Shown here in pieces: positions 9,798 through 21,100 of a DNA stretch of 64,000 nt. The DNA is from Nemertoderma westbladi (lineage: Eukaryota; Animalia; Xenacoelomorpha). The translations under genes were made by a program, and so were the position numbers. Each line of letters opens with the position of its first letter. The first letter of the stretch is position 1. The notes under the pieces are model-generated. The model was not told the DNA's origin and searched no databases. It saw only the letters and a program-made list of their open reading frames with translations. The stretch covers positions 9,210 through 73,209 of the forward strand of contig JAUCBJ010001939.1 of NCBI GenBank assembly GCA_032718475.1. Reading direction: 5' to 3'.

Positions 9798-11866
9798 CGA
9801 AGTTGAAGTTGAAGTTTTTTATTGGACGCCAAATTATAGTAATAGTGCCTACTGTAAAACGAACACAAAGCATATTAAAATTACGAAACATATTAAAATT
9901 GACAGCATAAATAGACATACTTAATGATCGGCCCTGCATAACGTTCCAGCATTCTGACAACATTTACAACAAAATTAAAAATAACGTTAACCTGTTAACA
10001 CAGTAACACTATTTAAAAATAATATGGTGCACCTAGGATAGCCCCATGAGGTTATACCTCGTTTCCATGGGGGTCCTATTTAAAATTCATTCTATTAATT
10101 AGCGCTCATCAAATACGGCATGAGAGTAAAAATTTAATTAAATAAAATAAATAAAATAAAATATATGAAAAGTGCAATACAATGTAAGATTTAATTAAAA
10201 TATCTAAAAATAATGATCTAGAAGCAGTAAAGAGACTGAGTTTATTTGTAAATATTTACTATGATTGTTAATTATCTAAAAGTTTTTAAAAAAAATAAAT
10301 ATAGTTTGATTTGTCGCCTGATAGTAGTTTAAAGAAGTAGTACTTTTTTACGCTATGTTTGAAGCTTTCTAGTGACACACTGTTTTTGATGTCATCAGGG
10401 AGCTTATTCCAGAGTTTTGGCGCCGCAAACGAGAAGCACTCTGTGCCTGATACGGTTTTACGGCGTGGGACGACGGCCCTGTGCGTGTTGCCTCTTAGAT
10501 TGATGTTGGCCGTATTGAGTGTAACGAGGGATCTCAGGTAAGGCGGCGAAAGCTCTCGAGTAATGCGATACATATGGGTGACGATAGTTTGGTCGATACG
10601 GTAGTCTAAGGGTAGCCACGCCATCTCCGCGAAGTGCTGGACGGTTACGTGCTCTCGCCGGTGTAAACTCAGACAAAATCGCACGCACTTTCGTTGAAGT
10701 GCATGTAATTGGCTTTTTAGCTGTTTGCTGGCACTGGAATACCAGCATGATGCAACAAAGTCTAAGTGAGGTTGAATCAGGGTGTTACATAACAACCGTT
10801 TGGTTTCATAATCAAGCAGGGCACTCTTACGATAAAGAAAACGAAGAGTCGAGTTGCCTCGTTTAATCACCTTCGATGCCATAGGATTTCCTGATAGAGA
10901 CGATTCCAACATACAGCCAAGATATTTCACTGACGTTTGTTGTTCTATTTTTTTACTCGCACACTCGATGTCTAATGGTTCTGCAGAATTCACGCGTTGG
11001 TGGGTCCCAAACAGAATACTCTTTGTTTTTCCAAAGTTTAGTGATAGTTTATTGTCGGTTGCCCACATGAATATATTATTTAGTTTCGATGAGAGAACCG
11101 CAGAAATAACATTTGCATTGTTATGGGAATAGAGAACATTGGCATCATCTGCGAGCTTCAGTGAGATGCAATTTGAGTCTATGACGATTCCAGTAGTGGA
11201 TGTATGCTTAGTTATTGGAGGTCCAATGGATGTACATAGCGGCGGGCTGGGAAGAATTGCCAGATCCATGTCATTAACATATATGAGGAACAGTAGCACT
11301 GCGAGAAGAGCACCTTGTGGAACGCCAGCCTTTATTAAAGCCTCTGCGGAGTACACATTCCCAATAAATACGCGCTGTTTTCGATCTGAGAGATAAGAAC
11401 GGAACCAATTCACTGCTGAAGCGTCGAACCCAATTAACCGTAGTTTCTCTAATAGGATTGTATGATCGACCGTATCAAAGGCCTTTTGTAAGTCAATAAG
11501 TAGAACTCCCGTCACCAACCCGTTGTCGACTGCTTCTCTAATGTAATTGTTCATGAATAGTAGGCATGTCTCTACAGAATAGTTTTTGCGGAATCCTGAT
11601 TGCAGTTGATCGAGGATATTGTGAAAAATCAAGAATTCGACAAACTGAATGAACACGACTCGTTCCAATACTTTCGATAAAATGACTAAGAGCGCCACAG
11701 GTCTGAAATTACCCTTTTGCAATCTGCAATCGCGTTTGAATAGTGGCTTTACTTTGGCAGTCTTATACGTAGTGGGAAAAGTTGATGATGAGATTGATAG
11801 GTTTACTAGATGGGTCACCGACTCAGCGATTACGGAGCTGCATTTCTCAACTTTCTTTCTTTGCAA
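9798..11866 (-). mobile_element. 5'-truncated L2-group (Crack/Daphne-like) LINE, copy 1
   Basis: RT ORF, conserved 3' UTR hairpin at 10036-10076, and AATAAA followed by an (ACTTCA)n tail at ~9798-9824 on the minus strand. Confidence 0.8.
10286..11866 (-). CDS. LINE ORF2 reverse transcriptase domain and C-terminus (5'-truncated)
   Basis: NFRPVALL, QSGFRK, IDLQKAFDTVDH, WFRSYL..RKQ, GVPQG, LADD, KYLG motifs; no endonuclease domain. Confidence 0.88.
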   Translation of the reverse strand: MQRKKVEKCSSVIAESVTHLVNLSISSSTFPTTYKTAKVKPLFKRDCRLQKGNFRPVALLVILSKVLERVVFIQFVEFLIFHNILDQLQSGFRKNYSVETCLLFMNNYIREAVDNGLVTGVLLIDLQKAFDTVDHTILLEKLRLIGFDASAVNWFRSYLSDRKQRVFIGNVYSAEALIKAGVPQGALLAVLLFLIYVNDMDLAILPSPPLCTSIGPPITKHTSTTGIVIDSNCISLKLADDANVLYSHNNANVISAVLSSKLNNIFMWATDNKLSLNFGKTKSILFGTHQRVNSAEPLDIECASKKIEQQTSVKYLGCMLESSLSGNPMASKVIKRGNSTLRFLYRKSALLDYETKRLLCNTLIQPHLDFVASCWYSSASKQLKSQLHALQRKCVRFCLSLHRREHVTVQHFAEMAWLPLDYRIDQTIVTHMYRITRELSPPYLRSLVTLNTANINLRGNTHRAVVPRRKTVSGTECFSFAAPKLWNKLPDDIKNSVSLESFKHSVKKYYFFKLLSGDKSNYIYFF

Positions 11867-11869
11867 CCT

Positions 11870-12095
11870 TTAGACTGTTAGAATTGAGACGTATTATTTT
11901 TGACCTCAAAATGGTATTTTCCATTGAGCACAATTTCTGAATTTAGTCGATCTTAACTTCGATGATTTCTTCCACCGGCCAACCAGACCCGGGTTCAGAG
12001 GTCACAATCATAAACTGTTTGTAAATAGAACCAGACTGCCAGACTCAATCAATGTAAACACTATTTTGCTAACCGTGTTGTGCCCATCTGCAAAC
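11870..12095 (+). mobile_element. Old CR1-type LINE fragment, right piece
   Basis: RGHNHKLF and HYFANRVVPI motifs of the CR1 ORF2 C-terminus; continues the 9320-9710 fragment across the younger LINE. Confidence 0.6.
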
Positions 12096-12437
12096 TCTGG
12101 CAGTCATAGAGAGAATAGCATTTTTAGTTTTCTACCCATTCTGCCTTTGAAAATAGTGACAAAAACAGCTTATTTATAATACTGTAATAGGGCCTACAGC
12201 ATACAGCAGTACAGTAAATTAATTCCTGCATTCACAGTACCGGTACTGCTGTACTGTCAGACTGTGTGCAGGTGTGGTGTGGTACGTACGTACAGACGTA
12301 GGTCGTAGACGTCTGGACGTAGTTCTCCAGTTCTCAGTCTGACATTAGGCCTAATCCATTCAATCATTATTGTTTCTTGTGTTATTACTGTCGGCTACCG
12401 CAACCGTATCTGGCAGTCTGGTACCTAACGACTTAAC

Positions 12438-12593
12438 ATGGCGACGTCGAAACCGTCAGGGCCTAAACCTGCGGGGTCTAAACCAACCACAGATATCGAG
12501 CGGCGGAAGCAGATCAGTGTACGTCACGTTGCCGATCTGAGCAGTGTGACCAGCATTATCCAGGACTTTAATCGACACGTTCATTATACGGCT
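12438..12593 (+). CDS. PYG: Glycogen phosphorylase exon 1
   Basis: ERRKQISVR (phospho-Ser14 motif), FNRHVHYTA; donor gtaagt at 12594. Confidence 0.9.
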
Positions 12594-13373
12594 GTAAGTA
12601 CTGAAGTACACGGTACACCGGTACCTTTCATTGATTATGTTAATTGTAATCATGCTCATTAACAGATTAATGATACATGTCGTTAGGTAGTACCGGTAGG
12701 CCTAATTATTTTCTTTCTTCAGCATATTTTTCAGGAAATCTTTCAGGCTTGTTATGCCAGTATGCTAGGATATGTCTTTTCTCTACCTGCCAGCTGCCAC
12801 TATGACTGTATGATAGCCATGTGCGCGTGATCTTGCACAGTTCAGTAAAGACCTTCACTTTTGAATATAACAATTTATTCAATACCGGTACTGCAATATG
12901 ATACGCGATACGCGGGATCAGTACCGCAGTACCGGTACCGCAGTGGCGCATCAATCTCAACGTATCTGAATGTGTAGTCGCACCTGTACCGATATCCGGT
13001 AGGCCTACTCCTTGTTTAAATTCCCTCTGTAATTGGTAAAGGCCCGGCCCATGGTAACCTCCCTTTAATGTGTTAAAGGTGACAAATGTATATAGCCAAC
13101 GTGTATTTCAGTACGGTCTACCTTTTGTTCTTTCAGTCACTTTGATTAGGATTTAGGTTTTTTTTAATTAATTAGAGCTACGGTAGCTTGACAGCACAAA
13201 ATCATTATTAAAACAAAAATTTACCTCATGAATGTACCTATATACTTTATTAATAGCTTAATTTCGTTTGGATGTTCTTATTCCGGTCAAATACGACAAA
13301 TATAAGGTCGGGCCTCTATGTCTATACAATTATATATACAGTATATATTTTTTTTATCTCGCTTGTATTACAG

Positions 13374-13496
13374 ATAAAAGATCGTAATGTGGCCACTACG
13401 CGCGATTACTATAAGGCTCTGGGTCATTTAGTTCGCGATCGGTTGATCAGTCGATGGATAAGGACACAACAGTCGTATTACGAGAAAGACCCCAAG
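13374..13496 (+). CDS. PYG: Glycogen phosphorylase exon 2
   Basis: [13 protein letters not shown]...[15 protein letters not shown]; cag/gt boundaries. Confidence 0.93.
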
Positions 13497-14468
13497 GTTA
13501 ATATTTAATGTAATTACAATTAATTAACATGCGATATATACGGGCCGGTCCCGGTACGCAGATACATAGTTTTTCCTGTTAACAGTTTCCTTTCCGCACA
13601 ACCGAATTCTGTGGTCAGTCCAAGGGGCTCTTTTCGAGGGTATATACAGGAACTGTTTCTGCAGCTGCTAACTCTGCTTAGAGGCAGTATATAGAAGGCA
13701 CTAAGGCAGTATATATAGCCCTCGCAGTGATATGTTCTTATTATGATGCCTCAGAGTCGAGAACCTCGTACCTGTTGCTCAGCTTTAGTGTGAAGCTGGA
13801 TCTCACACTTGACTGTTTACAACACAGAGGACCAGTCATGCCGTGTATAGAGGAAGATTTCTTAGATCTTTCTGCTAGCGCGGAGACTAAGTCGAGCTGT
13901 TACTGGCATTTAAGTTACCCAGGAATACAAATACTCAATAATATAAAGCGCAGGCAATAACATAATGAATACCCAAGAAACCAAATAACCATAGCCTAAC
14001 AGCAATAAATACCTCTTTAAATTACCTAATTATATTTTAACTATAAACGTTAAACCAGTTACTCTATAAAATATATTAATCGCAATATAAATTCACCATA
14101 TAAATCACCCACCCCGTGTCAGATAATAAACAGACTTTACGAAATGTTGCAGAATGAATAAAACCTTACTTTATGCGATTCGAGTTACGGGACTTGAATT
14201 AGCGCTCTGGTGTACTTTATTCGCGAGAGTCGCTCTGAGCTGTTGTGATAATGCATTGCCTGTGATATAAATATTAGATATGAATGAAATGAATATATAA
14301 ATATTGGCGTTCTGAAGTTCCATATTTTGCATCTGCTCTACGAGTTTATTTGCAAAAACTTCATGAACACTATAGGGAGATGTAGGTGTTGGATGGCATT
14401 CGTTATTAAAACGAATGAAAACGTTATTATTAGGAACGTTATTAATTTATATAATAAATAATTTGCAG

Positions 14469-14649
14469 AGGGTTTATTATCTGTCTCTCGAATACTACAT
14501 GGGAAGGACGTTAACCAACGCAATGCTCAACCTGGGGATACAAAATGAGTGTGATGATGCTATGTATGAGCTGGCGCTCGACATAGAAGAACTGGAGGAG
14601 CAAGAGTCAGACGCTGGGCTGGGGAACGGTGGTCTAGGGAGGTTGGCTG
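14469..14649 (+). CDS. PYG: Glycogen phosphorylase exon 3
   Basis: [15 protein letters not shown]...[13 protein letters not shown]; donor gtgagt at 14650. Confidence 0.93.
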
Positions 14650-16410
14650 GTGAGTATATATGGTAGGGGTGGGGAACGGTGGTCTAGGGAGGTTGGATGG
14701 TGAGTCTATAGGGTAGGGGGTGGGGAACGGTGGTCTAGGGAGGTTGGCTGGGGAGTCTATAGGGTAGGGGTGGGGAACGGTGGTCTAGGGAGGTTGGCTG
14801 GGGAGTCTATAGGGTAGGGGTGGGGAACGGTGGTCTAGGGAGGTTGGCTGGTGATTCTATAGGGTAGGGGTGGGGAACAGTGGTCTAGGGAGGTTGGCTG
14901 GGGAGTCTATAGGGTAGGGGTGGGGAACGGTGGTCTAGGGAGGTTGGCTGGGGATTCTATAGGGTAGGGGTGGGGAACGGTGGTCTAGGGAGGTTGGCTG
15001 GTGAGTCTATAGGGTAGGGGTGGGGAACGGTGGTCTAGGGAGGTTGGCAGGCGAGTCTATAGGGTAGGGGTGGGGAACGGTGGTCTATGGAGGTTGGCAG
15101 GTGAGTCTCTAGGGTAGGGGTGGGGAACGGTGGTCTAGGGAGGTTGGCTGGGGAGTCTATAGGGTAGGGGTGGGGAACGGTGGTCTAGGGAGGTTGGCTG
15201 GGGAGTCTATAGGGTAGGGGTGGGGAACGGTGGTCTAGGGAGGTTGGCAGGCGAGTCTATAGGGTAGGGGTGGGGAACGGTGTCTATGGAGGTTGGCAGG
15301 TGAGTCTATAGGGTAGGGGTGGGGAACGGTGGTCTAGGGAGGTTGGCTGGGGAGTCTATAGGGTAGGGGTGGGGAACGGTGGTCTAGGGAGGTTGGCTGG
15401 GGAGTCTATAGGGTAGGGGTGGGGAACGGTGGTCTAGGGAGGTTGGCTGGGGAGTCTATAGGGTAGGGGCGGGGAATGGTGGTCTAGGGTGGTTGGGTGG
15501 GGAACGGTGGTCTAGGGAGGTTGGCTGGGGAGTCTATAGGGTAGGGGTGGGGAACGGTGGTCTAGGGAGGTTGGCTGGGGAGTCTATAGGGTAGGGGTGG
15601 GGAACGGTGGTCTAGGGAGGTTGGCAGGTGAGTCTATAGGGTAGGGGTGGGGAACGGTGGCCTAGGGAGGTTGGCTGGGGATTCCATAGGGTAGGGGTGG
15701 GGAACTGTGGTCTAGGGAGGTTGGCAGGTGAGTCTATAGGGTAGGGGTGGGGAACGGTGGTCTAGGGAGGTTGGCAGGTGAGTCTATAGGGTAGGGGTGG
15801 GGAACGGTGGTCTAGGGGGGTTGGCAGGTGAGTCTATAGGGTAGGGGTGGGGAACGGTGGTCTAGGGTGATTGGCTAAAAGTAAAAAAAGTAAATTTTCT
15901 TCGGCCGCTTGGCCAGGGATTACGCACAAAGTCTGACGACTTATTTCCAGTGCGGTCCCCCCAGAACTTTACTCCCCAGAGGAAACTCTAGTACTCATTT
16001 AGCTACCACTTAAGGATGCAAGGCAGAGATGCGCCCAGGCTGGTCCCTTTAAAGCATTCGTGCCGAAACGAAAACTGCCCTGGCCCATGTGAGGATCGAA
16101 ACCACGACCTACAGGAGATGTGAATTCAATGCAACCACTACACCAAGGTGGAACCTTGGCTGGGGAGTCTATAGAGTCGGGGTGGTGAACGGTGGTCTAG
16201 GGAAGTTGGCAAGTGAGTCTATAGAGTAGGGGTGGGGAACGGTGGTCTAGGGAAGTTGGCAAGTGAGTCTATAGAATAGGGGTGGGGAACGGTGGTCTAG
16301 GGAAGTTGGCAAGTGAGTCTATAGAATAGGGGTGGGGAACGGTGGTCTAGGGAAGTTGGCAAGTGAGTCTATAGAGTAGGGGTGGGGAACGGTGGTCTAT
16401 GGAGGTTGGG
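14621..16410 (+). repeat. 50-bp G-rich minisatellite derived from the exon 3 end and splice donor, interrupted by a SINE
   Basis: Unit ggggaacggtggtctagggaggttggctgg(t/g)gagtctatagggtaggggt; about 25 units before the SINE and about 5 variant units after. Confidence 0.95.
15878..16150 (-). mobile_element. tRNA-derived SINE (family A), near full length
   Basis: Minus-strand A box TGGTGTAGTGG, B box GGTTTCGATCC, T-rich (TTACTTT) tail at 15878-15894; homologous to 5348-5541. Confidence 0.8.
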
Positions 16411-16454
16411 TTTTAGATGCAGGTAACAGTATTTCGCCGTTTGTTTCTTCTCAG

Positions 16455-16690
16455 CGTGTTTCTTGGATTCCATGGCAACCCTTGGTTTATCAGCTGTTGG
16501 CTATGGGATTCTCTACGACTACGGTATATTCACGCAGAAGATCGATGACGGTTGGCAGGTGGAGGAGCCCGATGATTGGCTTCGTTTCGGTAACATTTGG
16601 CAGAAGGACCGGCCCGAGTACCAGATACCCATCAACTTCTACGGACGTGTCGACGAATCGTCAGGGAAACCAAAATGGGTGGACACTAAG
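16455..16690 (+). CDS. PYG: Glycogen phosphorylase exon 4
   Basis: [42 protein letters not shown]. Confidence 0.93.
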
Positions 16691-16803
16691 GTTACAACCT
16701 TTCCCTTTATGCTAATTAAGTTAAGCTATTTGCTTACAAATATTTGAAACTCCAAAGAGACATAATGCCCAGATCCACATTACCGTTCGTTCATCCTTTG
16801 CAG

Positions 16804-17008
16804 ATAATATTGGCAGTTCCGCACGATATGCCGGTCCCTGGTTACCGTAACAACGTGGTAAACACACTACGTCTGTGGTCTGCGAAAGCCCCCCTTGACT
16901 TTAACCTCAGGATGTTCAACACTGGCGAATATATCACTGCGGTTTGTGAAAGAAACAACGCCGAGAATATCAGTCGGGTTTTGTACCCGAATGACAACAT
17001 GTTTGAAG
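16804..17008 (+). CDS. PYG: Glycogen phosphorylase exon 5
   Basis: [20 protein letters not shown]...[12 protein letters not shown]. Confidence 0.93.
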
Positions 17009-17353
17009 GTCAGTGAGTGGAATGCGAATATTTATTGATTACCAAACTCATAATGTAGAGCTATTATAGTGCAACCCATTCTATAATGCTGATATCTGTC
17101 AAGATCGGACGTTTCGCAATATAACATCCGACGGTGGAATCCCGACTGAATACAATTAATACTTTATAGTCCCTCACGCTCCGATTTTTTTAAGTCGGGA
17201 ATGAAATGGAATCGAGTTGGATTACTTAATGTTCACTGTGGAGTAGTTGATGTAGCCGGCTGGCGGCTATATATGCATAGGGGAGGTGGCCTGGTATAAA
17301 TAACATTATAAATTAGTACCACATTGTATTGGTGATTATACCTTGTGTTTTAG

Positions 17354-17487
17354 GTAAAGAACTTCGGTTGAAGCAGGAATACTTCATGGTATCGGCGACC
17401 TTGCAGGATATTCTCCGTCGATTTAAAGCTAACAAGTTTGGCTGCACGAAGCCAAGTCGGGCTGACTTTAGCACCCTCCCAGACAAG
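17354..17487 (+). CDS. PYG: Glycogen phosphorylase exon 6
   Basis: [25 protein letters not shown]. Confidence 0.93.
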
Positions 17488-17769
17488 GTGAATGTTGGGG
17501 AAGTTCTCAGCTTCTAACTATCACTAACTCCTCTAATTAATTATTTGTATCGTTCAATACATCAGCAAAGCTTAGCCCATCAGTAGTTCCGTATCCTGGC
17601 CGTTCCGTATCAGTAGTTCCGTATCCGGGCCGTTCCGTACTTTTTGCAAAGTTTAGCTTTGTTACGTATCCTTACCGCTTCGTAGTTACGCTATGATTAG
17701 CCGTTTTCTATGGTTCCTTAACGTTCCATACTTTATCTAAGTTTAGCCGTTTTGAAGTTCCTGACTTTT

Positions 17770-18185
17770 GCTACTTGGGATCAGGAATTGAATAAAACAA
17801 AATCTTAAGGTTCGACTATTTAGACCCGCAGTACTAAGCAGTATAGTATAAGCTAGTATAAGCAGTACTCCTCTATGGGAGGCCATACTGGGCTCTAACT
17901 GCAGAGGATAACAAATCCCTGCATGACACAATAATCATTCGTTTGGTTCACTTCACTGTATCATGTACAAAGCATATCTCCAACCAGACACTATACAGCA
18001 TTGGAGGTGTCTCATTGGTCCTCATAAGCATGATGCTAGAGCAGAGCCGCTTCCCCTTTACAGGACATTCCCTTCGCTGTGAGGACTACTTCGGTAACCT
18101 CAAAGAGGGAATATAAGCATGGTGGACTGGACAGCCCATGACTTTCTTAAGGCGCCACTTAAATGACATTGGCCTTGAAGATGTT
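17770..18185 (+). mobile_element. RTE-clade LINE fragment, degenerate
   Basis: Shares cttaaggttcgactattt, catatctccaaccagacactat, ggacagcccatgactttctt and ggccttgaagatg with the 42-43 kb and 54-55 kb copies. Confidence 0.8.
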
Positions 18186-21100
18186 CTGTGGTCCCTTACA
18201 GTTCCGTACTCTCACTAAGTTTATCCGTTCTATGGTTCCGTACTCTCACTAAGTTTATCCGTTTTGTGGTTCCTTACCGTTCCGTACTCTTAATAAGTTT
18301 ATCCGTTCTGTGGTTCCTTACCGTTCCGTACTACCACTAACTTTATCCGTTCTGTGGTTCCTTACCGTTCCCTACTCTTACTAAGTTTATCCGTTCTGTG
18401 GTTCCTTACCGTTCCGTACTACCACTAAGTTTATCCGTTCTATGGTTCCGTACTCTCACTAAGTTTACCCGTTCTGTGGTTCCTTACCGTTCCGTTCTCT
18501 CACTAAGTGTAGCCGTTCTACCGTTCCGTACTCCCACTAAGTTTATCCATTCTGTGGTTCCTTACCGTTACTTACTACCACTAAGTTTACCCGTTCTGTG
18601 GTTCCTTACCGTTCCGTACGCTCACTAAGTGTAGCCGTTCTACCGTTCCGTACTCTCAATAAGTTTACCCGTTCTGTGGTTCCTTACCGTTCCGTACTCT
18701 CACTAAGTGTAGCCGTTCTACCGTTCCGTACTCTCAATAAGTTTACCCGTTCTGTGGTTCCTTACCGTTCCGTACTCTCACTAAGTGTAGCCGTTCTACC
18801 GTTCCGTACTCTCACTAAGTTTATCCGTTCTGTGGTTCCTTACCGTTCCGTACTACCACTAAGTTTATCCGTTCTGTGGTTCCTTACCGTTCCGTACTAC
18901 CACTAAGTTTATCCGTTCTGTGGTTCCTTACCGTTCCGTACTCTCACTAAGTGTAGCCGTTCTACCGTTCCGTACTCTCAATAAGATTACCCGTTCTGTG
19001 GTTCCTTACCGTTCCGTACTCTCACTAAGTGTAGCCGTTCTACCGTTCCGTACTCTCACTAAGTTTATCCGTTCTGTGGTTCCTTACCGTTCCGTACTAC
19101 CACTAAGTTTATCCGTTCTGTGGTTCCTTCCCGTTCCGTACTCTCACTAAGTGTAGCCGTTCTGTGGTTCCTTACCGTTCCGTACTACCACTAAGTTTAA
19201 TCGTTCTGTGGTTCCTTACCGTTCCGTACTACCACTAAGTTTATCCGTTCTGTGGTTCCTTACCGTTCCGTACTACCACTAAGTTTATCCGTTCTGTGGT
19301 TCCTTACCGTTCCCTACTCTCACTAAGTGTAGCCGTTCTACCGTTCCGTACTTCCACTAAGTTTATCCGTTCTGTGGTTCCTTACCGTTCCGTACTACCA
19401 CTAAGTTTAATCGTTCTGTGGTTCCTTACCGTTCCGTACTACCACTAAGTTTATCCGTTCTGTGGTTCCTTACCGTTCCGTACTACCACTAAGTTTATCC
19501 GTTCTGTGGTTCCTTACCGTTCCGTACTACCACTAAGTTTATCCGTTCTGTGGTTCCTTACCGTTCCGTAATACCACTAAGTTTATCCGTTCTGTGGTTC
19601 CTTACCGTTCCGTACTACCACTAAGTTTAGCCGTTCTGTGGTTCCTTACCGTTCCCTACTCTCACTAAGTGTAGACGTTCTACCGTTCCGTACTCCCACT
19701 AAGTTTATCCGTTCTGTGGTTCCTTACCGTTACGTACTACCACTAAGTTTACCCGTTCTGTGGTTCCTTACCGTTCCGTACTCTCACTAAGTGTAGCCGT
19801 TCTACCGTTCCGTACTCTCAATAAGTTTACCCGTTCTGTGGTTCCTTACCGTTCCGTACTCTCACTAAGTGTAGCCGTTCTACCGTTCCGTACTCTCAAT
19901 AAGTTTACCCGTTCTGTGGTTCCTTACCGTTCCGTACTCTCACTAAGTTTATCCGTTCTGTGGTTCCTTACCGTTCCGTACTACCACTAAGTTTATCCGT
20001 TCTGTGGTTCCTTACCGTTCCGTACTACCACTAAGTTTATCCGTTCTGTGGTTCCTTACCGTTCCGTACTCTCACGAAGTGTAGCCGTTCTACCGTTCCG
20101 TACTCTCAATAAGTTTACCCGTTCTGTGGTTCCTTACCGTTCCATACTCTCACTAAGTGTAGCCGTTCTACCGTTCCGTACTCTCAATAAGTTTATCCGT
20201 TCTGTGGTTCCTTACCGTTCCGTACTTACCACTAAGTGCAGCCGTTCTACCGTTCCGTACTACCACTAAGTTTATCCGTTCTGTGGTTCCTTACCGTTCC
20301 GTACTACCACTAAGTTTATCCGTTATGTGGTTCCTTACCGTTCCGTACTACCACTAAGTTTATCCGTTCTGTGGTTCCTTACCGTTCCGTACTACCACTA
20401 AGTTTATCCGTTCTGTGGTTCCTTACCGTTCCGTACTACCACTAAGTTTATCCGTTCTGTGGTTCCTTACCGTTCCCTACTCCCACTAAGTTTAATCGTT
20501 CTGTGGTTCCTTACCGTTCCGTACTACCACTAAGTTTAATCGTTCTGTGGTTCCTTACCGTTCCGTACTCTCACTAAGTGTAGCCGTTCTACCGTTCCGT
20601 ACTACCACTAGGTTTATCAGTTCTGTGGTTCCTTACCCTTACGTACTACCACTAAGTTTACCCGTTCCGTGGTTCCTTACCGTTCCGTACTCTCACAAGT
20701 GTAGCCGTTCTACCGTTCCGTACTCTCAATAAGTTTATCCGTTCTGTGGTTCCTTACCGTTCCGTACTTACCACTATAAGTGCAGCCGTTCTACCGTTCC
20801 GTACTACCACTAAGTTTATCCGTTCTGTGGTTCCTTACCGTTCCGTACTACCACTAAGTTTATCCGTTATGTGGTTCCTTACCGTTCCGTACTACCACTA
20901 AGTTTATCCGTTCTGTGGTTCCTTACCGTTCCGTACTACCACTAAGTTTATCCGTTCTGTGGTTCCTTACCGTTCCGTACTACCACTAAGTTTATCCGTT
21001 CTGTGGTTCCTTACCGTTCCCTACTCCCACTAAGTTTAATCGTTCTGTGGTTCCTTACCGTTCCGTACTACCACTAAGTTTAATCGTTCTGTGGTTCCTT

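Noticed and set aside
16080-16150. tRNA genes at SINE heads (also ~5470-5541 and ~60950-61018)
   Set aside because: A and B boxes are present but no complete cloverleaf, and each is attached to a SINE body.
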